Shown here piece by piece: positions 1-13,763 of a DNA stretch of 64,000 nucleotides. Source of the DNA: the human T2T-CHM13v2.0 reference genome, Homo sapiens. Within the stretch, counting starts at the first letter, position 1, and each line of letters begins with the position of its first letter. The stretch lies in the NCBI RefSeq assembly GCF_009914755.1, contig NC_060944.1; one strand, 5' to 3'. The notes beneath the pieces are model-generated. The model saw nothing but the letters and a program-made list of their open reading frames with translations. It was not told the origin of the DNA and did not search any database. The translations under genes and the position numbers were made by a program.

Positions 1-294
1 CAGATAATGTGATGCCTCTGGCTTTGTTATTTTTGCTTAGGATTGCTTTGGCTATTCGGGCTCCTTTTTGGTTCCATATGAATTCTGGAATAGTTTTTTT
101 CTAATTCTGTGAAAAATGACATTGGTAATTTGATAGGAATAGTGTTGAATTGCTTTGAGCAGTATGGACATTTTAATGATATTGAGTCTTATAATCCATG
201 AGCATGGAGTGTTTTATCATTTGTTTGTTTTCTTTCAGTAGTATTTTGTAGTTCTCCTTGTAGAGATCTTTCACCTCCTTGGTTAGATGTATTC

Positions 295-335
<41 letters not shown>

Positions 336-625
336 GCTATTGTAAATGGGATTGTGTTCTTGATTTGGCTCTCGGCTTGAACATTACTGGTGTATAGAAA
401 TGCTACTGATTTTTGTACATTGATTTTTGTATCCTTAAACTACTGAAGTCATTCATTGGGTCTAGGAGTCTTTTGGTGGCAACTTTAGGGTTTTCTAGAT
501 ATAGAATCATATCATCAGTGAAGAGAGATAACTTGACTTCCTCTTTTCCTATTTGGATGCCTTTTATTTCTTTCTCTTGCCTGATTGCTCTGGCTAGGAT
601 TTTCAGTACTATGTTGAATAGAGTG
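1..625 (-). mobile_element. L1 ORF2 fragment (older primate/eutherian L1), runs off the window start
   Basis: Minus ORF 403-636 reads [45 protein letters not shown], the L1 reverse transcriptase FADD region; flanking sequence is typical antisense L1. Confidence 0.92.
299..334. repeat. (GT)18 microsatellite inside the L1
   Basis: Read directly. Confidence 0.97.
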
Positions 626-1019
626 ATCAGTGCCATATCTTAAAAATAAAACCTAATTCAAACAAATCCATGTTGAACAAAATATCACCATTTTACATAA
701 AGACAGCATCGCAGAAATCTTTCACTGGGACCTCCCACCATAGTCAATTGCAGTGGAAATGCTCATTCTGGGCCCTCAGGAACCTCTGGGGTTACATGTG
801 GAGGTTCTGCAAACACTTGTTCCATCCACATCTCCAGGAAAACGACCACCTAGGCTCTAATTCTTAAACTTGCCTGCACAGAACAACCTCATCTCTAATG
901 CAATGTTTTTTTGCACACCTACATTTCTGGGCAGCAAGCTCTTTATAGGTTGTTAGGTCAATAGTAACAATTACTAAAGAGCTGAGCGGTGGCTCTTTTT
1001 TTTTTTTTTTCGTGTCTGC

Positions 1020-1137
1020 TTCTATCTCTTCCTGTTTTCTAAGGGTTGCTACCGTGACGTTAGGTAATGTATAGGAAATAATTTACTTCCTATTTCTGGG
1101 CCATACCAAGTTTTATCTCTGCTTGAGTCTCTTCCAG
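1020..1137 (+). promoter_or_regulatory. Candidate non-CpG-island promoter region of ZNF831
   Basis: Repeat-free segment upstream of the putative 5' exon, with three ETS-type GGAA/TTCC cores (about 1029, 1073, 1085) and a CRE-like TGACGTTA (1055-1062). Motif-only evidence. Confidence 0.3.
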
Positions 1138-1489
1138 GTTGCTTGAAATGGTGCTTTTCTCAGTTAAACGTGGACTTGACATAAAGGCCAAGCCACAGGA
1201 GGCTGCCCTCTTTTATTTTATTTTATTTTCTAAGGCTCAGGGAGCATCTCTCCGTTCTCTGAGATGCTGCCTGCAGAGTAGGAACTGGGAGAGAACACTA
1301 AAATGCCCTCTCAGCAAAGAGTAGCGAGCTCCCTACAGAGAGTGAGAGCACGGGCTCTTGAGCTCATCTCTTCTCTGTGGGGCCAGCCCAGTGGTCCTTT
1401 CTGGACCTGTGGGTGTCTTCTCTGGGCAACCAGATCATTGTGTTTGAATCAGAGCATCATTGGCTGAAAACACTCCACTGTTTATAAAG
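1138..1489 (+). other. ZNF831: Probable 5'-UTR (non-coding) exon of ZNF831; 5' boundary uncertain
   Basis: Good donor AAG|GTATGT at 1489/1490 in unique sequence, with a possible acceptor tctcttccag| at 1137. The giant exon begins at a splice acceptor, so an upstream exon is required. The about 26.8 kb spacing fits my recollection of the gene model. Confidence 0.5.
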
Positions 1490-3023
1490 GTATGTAACAT
1501 GCTCCATGACATAAGCATATATAAAATGTCAGTTAAAAAAAAACTCTTTTACTCTATGTTCTTAATGATATATTTATCTTCAAGCACGCAGTTAAAGGGA
1601 AAATGCTACGTAAAACTGTGTGTGACCCAGTTCAAGTAATTCTCTCATGTGCTTAATACTGCTGTTGCTTTTGTCAAAATATTTACTACAATTCAAAATG
1701 GCTGTCAGAAACCAGGTCCACAATCCATGTTCTACTAAACAGAAAAACATTTATAAGAAAATTTATTGCTTTATAAACTGTTTTTTTTCCCAGTGATGAA
1801 CCTAATTAAACTGAAAGTGTGAATTGGTTAGAACATATTAGCCCAAGTATGTGTGGTATATATATACACATATATATGTATGTTTTATTAGGCCAAGTTT
1901 TTTATTTGTATATAATATAATTGAAATATCAAGGTATTTGATAGAGCTACTATTTATAGCAATTCTACTGATCAGCCACCCAAGGGTAGCATTTTTCAAT
2001 GAGATTTACAAGGGCCAATAGTCCATGTATTTATACACATATCTGACTTCCCAGTATCCAAAATAGCAAAGAGCTGGAGGCTATCTCAGATCAGCCATGG
2101 AAGCCATGCTCTGAGAGGTAACGTGTTTCTCCTTTCCCGTAGCAAATCTTTCTGTAAGAATGAAACCAGAGATGTTATCTACCAAAATGCAACGAGGGAC
2201 AGGATGCAACTTAGAAAAATGGTAACATTAGCTGACTGGGAAAAACAGAATCAACGTCAGGGCCAGTTTAAAATAATATGCCTTTTAACCACCCTCGCTT
2301 TATTGCCCCAGCTAAGAGCAAGTATTTAGGACCATAGGCTAATATTAATCAGAGAGAACACTTAGGTTCTGTGGCAATGTTGGGGTCTGTGAGATTTGCT
2401 TCCTTAGCTGTGCTTCCGCTGGGAAGCTGGGGAGGGTTGGTCCTGAAGGAGGAGTGCCATGTGAGCAGGGTTACCCAAAAGCACCTGCCTAGGGGAAATG
2501 GGCTCACTATCAGGCGCCGTGGAGTTACCAGCTAGAGAGACTTTTCTCCTGGTAGAGACCATGAACATCATGTAAGCAGAGAACCAAGACTGTAAAAGGG
2601 AGGTAGGGTAGGCTGTTTGGTTAGGGGAGTGGGGCAGGAACAGACACAGGGAGAGTCTACCACGTCTGGACAAATCACATCTATGGTTTTATCCAATCCT
2701 TTGAACAAATGAACATGAGCCCCACTTTTCAGATAAGGAAAACACAGCATGGAGAGTTTAAGTGACTTATTCCAGGTTACAGGGTTTATAGGTAGCAGAG
2801 CAAAGGTTCAAAGACAGGTCTTATCTCCAGGGTCTGGGAACTTTACCCACCATGCTGCCTGTCTGGGTGTGGCATGGCAGGGAAGGCTGAGTTATGCTGG
2901 AAGGTCACACTCAGGGATTTCTGCAGAGTGACTTTGGGGCATAGGTAGGAAGCTTGTTCTCAGTACTGGCTTGTTACCAAGTGAGAGATCTTTGTATGTT
3001 TTCATTGCTTTCCTTGTAGTTCC

Positions 3024-3333
3024 TTTTTTTTTCTTCTTTTTTTCTTTTTTGGAGCTGTAATCTCGCTCTGTCACCCAGGTTGGAGTGCAGTGGCATGATC
3101 AGCTCACTACAACCTCTACCTTCTGGGTTAAAGCGATTCTTCTGCCTCAGCCTCCTGAGTAGCTGGGATTATAGGTGCTCACCACCACAACTGGCTAATT
3201 TTTTTGTATTTTTAGTAGAGAAGGGGTTTCGCCATTTTGGCTAGGCTGGTCTCTAACGCTTGACCTCAGGTGATCTATCTGCCTCGGCCTCCCAAAGTGC
3301 TGAGATTACAGGCGTGAGCTACCACACCCAGCC
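3024..3333 (-). mobile_element. Alu (AluS-type), full length
   Basis: Poly-T head, both arms, TSD ccttgtagtt at 3012-3021 and 3334-3343. Confidence 0.95.
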
Positions 3334-5041
3334 CCTTGTAGTTTCTTTATGATCACTTTGTATTCATAGCAATGTTGGAGCTTTTCCAGATATGGTAAAT
3401 GGTAGTGATGTCAATTTTCCTTTGAATATATAAGGGTACATAAGAAAAAGTGAGTTGATATAAAGAAAATGAAAGGAAAATGGTCTGTGCAGAGTCGGTG
3501 TTTCTCCAAGGGTAGGCTGTGGTACTCGTGGCTAGGGTCGGTTCTAGATACACTATGGATGCTGCAGTAAATAACATTGACTCACACACTGGGAAGGTTG
3601 TTCCTGTTTTGATTCTATTTACGTATTTATTACTTTCATAAATTAGCCTCTTTGTTTTGAGAACATTGCAGATTCACCTGCAGTTGTAAGAAAAAAATAC
3701 AGAGAGATCCCATGTGTTTTTTACCCAGTTTCCTCCAATAGCAACATCTTGCAAATCACAATCAAAATATTGACAGTGATATAGTCAAGATACAGAACAT
3801 TTCTGTCACCGCAAGGATGCGTCGTGGACACCCCAAATCCCTCCTGCTCTCCTCCTCTCTCTCTCCCCCCCAACCCCTTAACCCCAAGCAATCACTAGTC
3901 TGTCCTCCAGTTTTATAATTTGTCATTTCAAGAATGTTATATGAATGGAATCATTCAGTGTGGTGTGTAGCCTTTGGGGACTGACTTTTTTCATTCAGCA
4001 TAATTCTCTAGAGATTCATCCAAATGTTTCATGTGTCAACGGTATGCTTCTTTTTATTGCTCAGTAGTGTTCTGTGATATGGATGTACCACAGTTGGTTT
4101 AAATATTCATTGTTGAAGGGCATCTGGGCTGATGCCAATTTTTGACTATTACAAATAAAGCTTTAGAAACATTCATGTACAAGCTTTTGTGTGAACGTAA
4201 GTTTTCATTGTGAAATAAATGCCCAGGAGTGCAGTTGCTGGGTTGAATAATAGTCCCATGTTTGATTTGTTAAGAAATGGCCACCCTTTTTTCCAGAATG
4301 GCTGTGCCACTTCACATCCACACCGAAATGGATCCTGGCAACGTGGGCAGTGTTTCCAGATCCTCGCCAGCATTTGCTGTTTCACTATTTTTTATTCTAG
4401 CCATTCTGACAGGTGTGAAGTGATATTTTATTGTGGCTTTAATTTATATTTCCCAGGTGGCTAAAGATGTTGAACACCTTTTCGTGTGCTTATCTGCTGG
4501 CTGTATACCGTTTTTGGTGATAACTTGCTTCATGTGTTTGCACACTTTCTAATTGGATTGTTGTTGGTTTTTTTTTAACTGTTAAATTTTCATAGTTCTG
4601 TATAGATTTTAAATATAAGTCCCTTGTCAGATATGTTGTTTGTGAATACTTTCTCCAGATCTGTAGCTAGTTTTTTATTCTCTTATTATAAGCAGGGGTT
4701 TGCACAGAGCAAAAAAAAAAAAATTAACTTCGATGAGGTCCATTTTATTATATTTTCCTTTTATGGCTCATACTTTTTGTTTCAAGTCTAGGAACTCTTT
4801 CCCACTTTAGAAGTCCTAAAGATTTTCTCCTGTGCTTTTTTTCCCCTAAGCTTTTACAGTTTTATATTTCACATTTAAGACTGTTTTAAATATTTTGAGT
4901 TAATTTCTATATAAGTAAGATGTGAGGTTTAGGTCAAGGTTTTTTTTTTCTTTTTTCTTTTGCCTGCGGAAGTCAATTGTTTCAGCATCATTTGTTGAAA
5001 CATCTACACTCTCTCTACAGAACTGCTTTCAACCTTTGTCA

Positions 5042-5197
<156 letters not shown>

Positions 5198-6753
5198 TTA
5201 TGTTTTTTTTTTTAATTATTTTGTTCTACTCATGTCTGTGTCTATTCTGACAATACAGTCTTGATTACTTTGGCTATATAATAAGTTATCAAGTTAGGTA
5301 GACTGATTCTTTACACTTTATTATCTTTCTTCAAACTTGTTTGAGTTATTCCAGTTCTTTTGCCTTTCTATATAAATTTTAGAATAATCTTGTCTATGCC
5401 CACAAAAATATCTTACTAGGGTTTTGATAGGAATTGCATTAAACCTGTATATCAATTTAGGGAGAATTGACATTTTTACTATGTTGAATCTTCCAATGCA
5501 TGAACACAATATGCCTCTTTATTATTTAGACTTTATTTGAGTTAGTTCATCAGTGTTTTGTAGTTTTCAGTGCGTAAGTCTTGTACATGTTTTATTAGAT
5601 TTACAACTACATATTTCGTTTTTCATTTAATTTTGGTTTTCAACCATTCATAGCTAGTATATAGAAATGTAATTGACTTTTGTGTGTTGATCTTGTATCC
5701 TGTGTCCTTGCTGCACTCACTTATTAGTGCGAGGAGGTTTTTTTTTTTTTTTTTTTTGTAGATTCTTTGAGAATTTGTATGTAGACAATAATCTCATCTG
5801 CAAGTAGGGATAGTTTTATTTTTTCATTTCCTGCTTGCAAGTCTTTCCTTTCCCTGTATTTTGTATTTCTTTCTTGCTTTATTTTACTGGCTAAAACTTT
5901 CAGTCATCTTCTGAATGAGAGTGATGAGAGTGGACATCTTTCTTTTTCCTGATCTTAGGGAGAAAACATTCAGTTTTTCACCGTTAAGTATAATGTAAAC
6001 TTTGGTGTTTTGTAGATGCTTTTAATCACATTAAGAGATTTCCGTCTATTTCTATTTTCCAACGAGATTTTATTATGAATGGGTGTTGAATTTTGTCAAA
6101 AGCGTTTTCTACATCAATTGATATAATTATGTGATTTTTCTTTTTACCCTGTTAATATGGTGGATTATACTGAATGCATTCCTGGAATCCTTGTTCAAGG
6201 TGTATAATTTTTTTCTTATCACAGAATTCTATTTGCTGATATTTTGGGAGAGGTTTTGAGTCTGTGTTCATGAGGGATATTCGTCTGTAGTTGTCTTTTC
6301 ATGCTGTCTTTGTCTAGTTTGGTCGCAGGGTAATACCTAGGTGCTTAAAATTAACTGGGAAGTGTTATTTCCTTTTCTGTTTTCCGGATAAAGTTGCGTC
6401 GAATTTGTGTTAATTCTTCTTTTAAAGTTAGAATTCTCCACATCAGGGCCTGGAGACTTCTTAGCAGGGAGCTTCAAAATTGCAAATTCAATCTGATAAA
6501 TAGTTATAGTGTGATTCTCATGTGATTCAAATGATCTGTTTCCCATTAGGTGGATCATGGTAGTTTGCGCTTTTTGAGGAATTGGTCCACTTCATCTAAG
6601 TCATCAAATTTATGTGAGCTGAGTTATTTACGGTATTCCCTTAAGGTCATTTTAATGTCTGCAGGGTCTGTAGTGATAGCCCATTTTCCTTCCTGACATT
6701 GATAGTTTGTGTCTTCTCTCATTTGTCCTTTGTCAGTTTTTGTAGAGATTCTA

Positions 6754-7200
<447 letters not shown>

Positions 7201-7419
7201 TTATTAATCTTGTCCAAGAAAAAGCTCTTTCTTTCATTGATTTTCTCTATTATTTTTCTGTTTTGATTTGACCTATTTCTTCTCCTACCTTTATTATCTC
7301 CTTTCTTCCGCTTGCTCTGGATTTATTATGCTTTCCTTTTACTACAGTCAAGTGGGAGTCTAGAGTCTTGATTTGAAACCCTCCCTCTTTTTCTTTTTCT
7401 TTTTAAACAATTAATAGCA

Positions 7420-7528
7420 GTTTATTTTAAAACATTTTTGTGGGTACATAGTAGGTGTATATATTTGTGGGGTACATGAAATGTTTTGATACAGGCATGC
7501 AGTGTGAAATCATCACACTGTGGGAAAT
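7420..7528 (-). mobile_element. Short L1 3'-end fragment (L1MA/L1PB-like) nested in older L1
   Basis: tgtgggtacatagtaggtgtatatatttgtggggtacatg is a typical L1MA 3' terminus, flanked by similar ctc(c)ctcttttct sequences. Confidence 0.7.
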
Positions 7529-7850
7529 GCTCCTCTTTTCTAATGTAAACATTTAGTGCTATAAATTTCCCTCCCAGCACTGCTTTAGCTATGTGCCACA
7601 AATTTTGAGATGTATTTTTGTTTTCACACGTCAGTGTATTTTTTGATTACCCTGGGGGCTTCCTCTTTGACCCATGGATTATTTAGAACTGTGTGCCATT
7701 TTGTTTTCAAGTATATGAAGCTGTCCTGTTATCTTTCTGTTGTTGATTCATAGTTTGATTCCGTTGTCGTCAGAGAACATGCTTTGTATGATTTTAATTC
7801 TTTAAATTTGTTGAGGTTGATTTTATGGCCTGGAATGTGGTCTATCTTGA

Positions 7851-10800
7851 TGTAGCAGTCTGGGTCCAATCAGGAAGTAGGAGCCATACAATAGGCTAAA
7901 TGAGAGAAGCTGATGATAAGAATTACTAACTATAATGAAGAGGGACTATAAGACATAAGGGAACTCCATGTGGCACCCTAGGATTGAGATTCAGCTTCTC
8001 AACTGAAAGAGACAGCTTCCATTTCTCCCAGCAAGGACACACGTGGAAGGAGTCAGACCTCCCTGGAAGAGATGTGATTTGCCCACTGGATAGCAGAGGA
8101 GTTGGCTGGCTTAGCAAGACTGAAGCTTATCTGGAGTTGCTGGGCAAACAATGGGCAACTTTCTGGAGTACAGGTGGGAGGTGGCAGGCAATCTACAACC
8201 AGAGACGTGGGTGTGTTATGGGAGTCTGGCACTAGTGGGACAGAAGTCTCCAGAGCTCCCAGAAAGACAGTGTGCCGGCTGTGTGGTTGCAGAAGGAGCA
8301 GATCCATGTGAACCCCCCAGCCACAGGCAGGCTGTGCAACAGCTTTGGTTTTTATGTTGTGGGGGCTGCAGACAGATTACTGCTGGGCTGAGGCTGCAAG
8401 GTTGCAGAGGGAGTGAGTCCTGGGGCCTGTGGCTGGGAGGGGGAACTCCATGGCATGTCCTCATACCCACACCACTGGCCCTCTCGTGGGCCCCTCCTGG
8501 AAACTGCAGGAAGCCTCTTCCTCCTGCAATGACCCTCCAACATCCTCTGTTGGAAAAACTTAGCACTGTGTCCACTTTAAAGGAGAAAATCTTTAAAAGT
8601 TTGCATCCCTTATCATACAGCATGTATTGAATGGCATTTTTTGGAGCTGAGAGGCAATAAATTTCTATCTGGCACAGTCTATCCCTTTGCCTGTGCAGCC
8701 CCATGTGTACCCTTTACATGCATGTGAACTTTCTTACAACAGAATGGCTCTGTATTTCCACCTAACAAGATACATCCATGCTTCTAGCAAGTGAAGAGGT
8801 TCTCACTTGTTCGAAATGAGCAGATGCAGTCATTGTACTCAGCACAGGCTGTATCAATTGCTCTTCAAATTCAGTCAAGCTCTCACTGAATATTCTGTTC
8901 CCTAAAGCCTAAATTGTAAAGTTAACTTCCAATAACTCATATATAAAAATTTAAAACATGAAGTAGGAGAAAGAAGTAGAGAATGATTAGTAAAGATAAA
9001 ATAAAACTCATTCATATAACACACATAGAGACCATACACAAACCCCCTCCAGTCCTCGTTTATATAATTGATCATGAAGTTGTAGTTCATATCTGTGACT
9101 TTCTTCTTCCACCACCCATTCCACATCTTCCTTGACCTCAGCTGCCCTGGGTTCTTTACCTCTTGGAATATCTACTAACTCCTGAAAAGTATGAGTATGT
9201 ACTTTTCTCCCAAATTGCAGTTGTTCCAGTATGTGGCAACAGGTCCCTTTGAGAAGGCATAAAGAAAGATTTACAGTGTATCCTTTTGGCAATAGTAGAG
9301 TGTCCTTTTCAAGGGGACCTGGCTTTCCCTTCAATCAAGGGCCTGTAGGTCTGCAAACTGCCTTAGTTCTGAAAACTGGGTAAAGGGCCGTGAGTCTCCA
9401 TTTGATGACTGAGTCACGTTACTTGCCACCACACTTAGGACTTTTCCTATGATTTCCTATGATATCATAGTAGACTGACTGGTCTTTCCCTCCGAGGGAC
9501 AACGTGATCAGTTAGTTACTGCTAAGATCTCTGCGAGCCAAAGAATTCGGATTCCTGCCATTCCCTGTTGCTCCCGTGGCACGCTCACCTTCTCTTTGGC
9601 AATGAAGTGATGCCACTTGGTCCTCTGCTATTCTGGGACCCCCCAACAACCACAGTGAAATGAGGGAGCCTGTCTCAATAGTGGTGTCCCCTACAGCTCT
9701 TCCTGGCCTGGAAAAAGAGCAACCACAGATCTTTTCGGGGATGCGGATGCTCCCCTCATTAATGCATTTCTCAGCGCCCTCCTGAAGAGGGGCCTTCTGG
9801 GTCTTCTTGAGGCATGCCGCTGGGAGAGTTGGAGGTTGCCTGTGATACACCCGGCCCAGCAGGCATATTTCCCATAGTCTTTAGAGCCCCTCCTCTGTGT
9901 CATGCCAGGGAAGCTCCAGCATTCCGGCCTCACTAAATGCAGGTCACCATCATTTCCAGATTTCAGTCAACCAACCTAGGAAGCTGTTAAAGCCACATCC
10001 AGCTGCACAACTAATACACTAAATTGAGACTCTCTGGTAAGTGCACTCCTGTCAATGAATTTGGTCCAATGGCTGGTGGTGTTTTCTGCCCTCCTTGGTA
10101 TAAACCCACAGAATCCATTTGCACACACATGTTCCCTAGGATTCTGCTGACATATTAGCCAGGGCGTTCAGCTCTTCTGGTGTGTGAGCCATTTCCTTCT
10201 GGGTCATAGTGAGCACCTGTCTCCTTGGGCCATGCTGAGATTTGACTCAGTTAAATCTAGTTAAGTCTAGAGGGAGCAGGGGCTTGTTGTGGTGGGTTCT
10301 GAGAAGGATCAGTATTCCCTTTCAAGGCATCTACCCTAAGTGAAGGCATCATAAGGTTTTCCAGCTCAGGAAGTCTGGCCTCTGTGGACAGTGGAGGGGA
10401 AGCTGCTGCCACTTGTACGGGAGGCTCAGAATGACCTGGAGGTCAATGTTGTCAGTTTCTCTAGGTCCAACAAGATGTCCTCACCTCGAGTTTTAGGATC
10501 CCCTTTTTTCCTGATTAGTGCCCAAATTTTCACATGAGAAGCTTGGCATGACTGTGAATTCAACTGCCATTTTAATTCAGTAACTTGCACCATTAATTTT
10601 TTTGTTTGATTTTCAGCAACATCAGCCCTGTGGCTACAAAAATGAGACATTCTTTGAGGGCTGTCATGGAGGCTGTGTGATCCTCAGATCATGACTCAAG
10701 GTGGGAATTAATGGACCTGAGCTTGTCATTTTCTCTCTGTAAGTGCTCAAGGACGCGAAAAGAAATCCATTTCATACCACATCCCTTATGGTCATCATTC

Positions 10801-11632
10801 CTGCCATACAGCAGGAGCAGAAGCCACTTGAGCTTCCAAGGCACATGTTCTAAATTGGCACTTTGCCGCAATTGACCACAGGTGATGGCTTTATTAATTG
10901 TGATGCTTTTGTACCTCACAGGTTACAAGAGTCACATTTCTCATTGTCAAGGAGCTCAACACTGTGCTCACATCCAAAAGCACAACCACACTAGTCCCTA
11001 AATCCCATCATTAGGGATCTCTTGGGACCATTCCCAGAGACAATTCTGTAGACTTCTGTGCCCAGTCAGAAGACAGAAACCACCCAGTGGGTTATGCAGG
11101 GGAAACTTGGCGTAGGAATGATTAGTTACAATGAAAGAGTGACTATTAGGTACAAGGAAACTCTATAGGGTACCCTAAGATTGAGGGAGAGTACTCAAGA
11201 AACAACACACTTGGAAGGCATTCAGGTCTCATTGGAGAAGCTGTGATTTTAGCCACCAGAAAGCAGAGAAGTTGGCTGATTCAGCTAGACTTGAGATTGT
11301 GTGGAGTTGCTAGGCAAACAGCTGACAACCCTCTGGGGTGCTGCTGGATAGCAGACCATGCACAAGCAGAGATGTGGGCATGCATCTGGGAGCCTGGGCA
11401 CAGCAGGACAGAAGGCTTTGGAGCTTGTGGCATGCATAGAGGAAGTGGGGCTTGCAGAGGAAACGGCCACTGTGTGTGGACTCCTGGCCACGGGAGGCTA
11501 GCTGGCTTTACGCGGCTTTAGTTTCCCTGTCTGGAAGGCTGCAGATGGATTATCCCTGATCCAAGGCTGTAGGCTGCACAGGGAGCACTTTTGCAGCCTG
11601 CGGTTCAGGCTGGTTCTCTCAGATACCACCGC
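7851..11632 (-). mobile_element. ERVL-class provirus relic: 3' LTR 7851-8676, internal gag with deleted pol 8677-11046, partial 5' LTR 11047-about 11632
   Basis: Two diverged direct repeats begin tgtag... at 7851 and 11047, with a PPT-like purine tract at 8677-8688. Minus-strand peptides resemble ERVL Gag (LQRENDKLRSINS; RADVAENQTKKLMVQVTELKWQLNSQ; ALRNALMRGASASPKRSVVAL). Confidence 0.85.
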
Positions 11633-11639
11633 ATAATGG

Positions 11640-13360
11640 TTGCTCTAGGTATTACATTTTATATATATGGAACTTATCATAGTCTGCTGGTGTCGTTATT
11701 TTACCAGTTGGAGTGAAGAGTAGAAATCTCACCTCCATTTATGCCCTCACATTTAGAATTATCTTAAATATTTCCTTTACATACATTTAGAACCATATCA
11801 GACAGTGTTATAATTTTTGTTTCAGCCACCAAACATGATTAAGAAAACTTGCTCGGGAGTGTTGGCTCATGCCTGTAATCCCAGGACTTTGGGATGCCAA
11901 GGCAGGAGGATTGCTTGAGCCCAGGAGGTTGAGGCTGCAGTGATCCATGTACGCACCACTGATCAATGTATGTGCACTCCAGCCTGGGTGACAAAGCAAG
12001 ACCCTGTCTCAAAAACAAAAAAAACAAAAAACAAAACAAACAAAAAAACACCCCAAAACAAAAAAGAAAAACTCAAAAGGGAATGTTTTTACCCACTTTT
12101 TTACTGTTTCCATTGTTCTTTTTTCCTTCCTGATGTTCCAAGTTTCTCTTTTTGTTACATCCTTTCTGTTTAGAGAACTTTCATTCTTTGAGGGTGGGCC
12201 TGCTGGTGACAGATTCTATTTGTTTTCATTTATTTGCGAATATCTTGATTTCCCCTTCATTCCAGGAGGATATTTTCACCGGATATAAAATTTTGGGCTG
12301 ACACTTCCTTTCCATCAGCTCTTGAAAAATGTGATACCCTTTTCTACTTGCCTCCAAGTTTCTGATGAGAACCTGCTTTCATTAGAATTGTTTTTTCTGT
12401 AGCTAAGGCATTGTTTCTCACTTGCTTCTTTCAATATTTTTTATCTTTAGAGTTCAGGAGTTTGACTATGACGTGCTTTGGTGTGGATTTCTTTGGGTTT
12501 ATCCTGGTGGTGGGGGTGGGGGTGGGTGGTTCTCTCAGCTTCCTGAACTTGTAGCTTTATGTCTTCTGCCAAATTGAAGCTCCTGAACATTATTTGAGCA
12601 CTTTTTAAGCTCATCTTCTTTCTCTTCTCCTTCCCAGGCTCTGATGATAGGAATATTAGACCTTTTGTTAGTGCCATGGGTCCCTGAGGCTGTTCATTTT
12701 TTTTTTATTTTTTTTAATTTTCATCCTGTTTTCTCTCTGTTGCTCAGATTGGGTAATTTCCATTGTCCTATCTTCAAGTTCACCGATTCTTTTTTTCTGT
12801 CCTGTCCATTTTGCTGTTGAGGGCATCCACTGAGTTTTTACATTTTTGATTATAGTATTTTTCATTTCTATTATTTCCATGTAGTTCTTCTTTTATCTTC
12901 TATGTCTTTGCTGGGGCTTTCTATGTTTCCTTTGTTTCAAGCATATTTGTAAGTGTTCATGGGAACATTTTCATGATGGCTGCTTCATAGCTGTCAGGGA
13001 ATCCCAGCACCTCTTGCATATTGGTGTTGGCATCTGTGCATTGTCTTTTTCCTTTCAGTTTGAGGTCTTCTTGGTTCGTGGTATGACAAATGATTTTTAA
13101 TTGAGACTTGGACATTTTGGGCATTATGGTATGAGAGTCTGGGTTTAGTGACCCTTCTGTGTTAGCTGGCTTCCTTTGCTACTGCTCTGACTGGGGAAGA
13201 GATGAGTGGAAGTTGAGGTTCCCTACTCAGCCTCTGTTGGTACTCATTGGGAAGGCCCTGTTACCTCCTGGGAAGGATAGTAGCACTGGCTTTCTGCCAG
13301 GCCTTTACTGACATTTCCCTGTCTGGAAGAGCTAGGAATGCCTTATTATTGCCTCCCACA
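11640..13360 (-). mobile_element. Old L1 inter-ORF/ORF1/5' region, likely continuing the L1 at 3650-7850
   Basis: ORF1-like peptides at 12668-12880 (KKRIGELEDRTMEITQSEQQRENRMK) and 12447-12677 (DIKLQVQEAERT). Confidence 0.8.
11851..12063 (+). mobile_element. Alu monomer (FRAM/AluJ-like) with mixed A/C tail
   Basis: Single arm with gcaggaggattgcttgagcccaggaggttgaggctgcagtga; TSD aagaaaact. Confidence 0.88.
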
Positions 13361-13367
13361 GAAAGAG

Positions 13368-13763
13368 GGAGTGGATTAACACACTGTGGCACACCCACAC
13401 CGTAAAACAGGACTTGGCAAGGAAAAGGAATGAATGATTGGAGCACACAACAGCTTGGATGGCTCTCAAAGGTATTGTCCTGAATGAAAGAAGCTGGACC
13501 AAAAAAGCCGCATAATATGTGGTTGCATTTATAGGACATTCTGGAAAAGACAAACTTATAGGGACAGAAAACAGATCTGTGGTTGCCAGAGGCTGGAGGT
13601 GGAGGAAGGGATTGACCAGAGAGGGAGGCATGATTTGGGGATGTGATGGCCTTCTTGATTATGTTGGTTGTTACACGACTGTATTTACTTGTCAAAATTC
13701 ACAGAACTGTACACTAAAGAGGGTGCATTTTACTGTATGTAAATTGTACCTTAATTAAAAAAA
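13368..13763 (+). mobile_element. Old L1 3' end (L1MC/L1ME-like), sense orientation
   Basis: Typical 3' UTR (gacaaacttatagggacagaaaacagatctgtggttgccagaggctgg) ending tgtaaattgtaccttaattaaaaaaa. Confidence 0.8.

Noticed and set aside
8151-8704. 159-aa and 162-aa ORFs on opposite strands
   Set aside because: They lie inside the ERVL LTR and show no protein features.
9008-10919. Domesticated gag gene
   Set aside because: Gag-like peptides are split across frames by stops and frameshifts.
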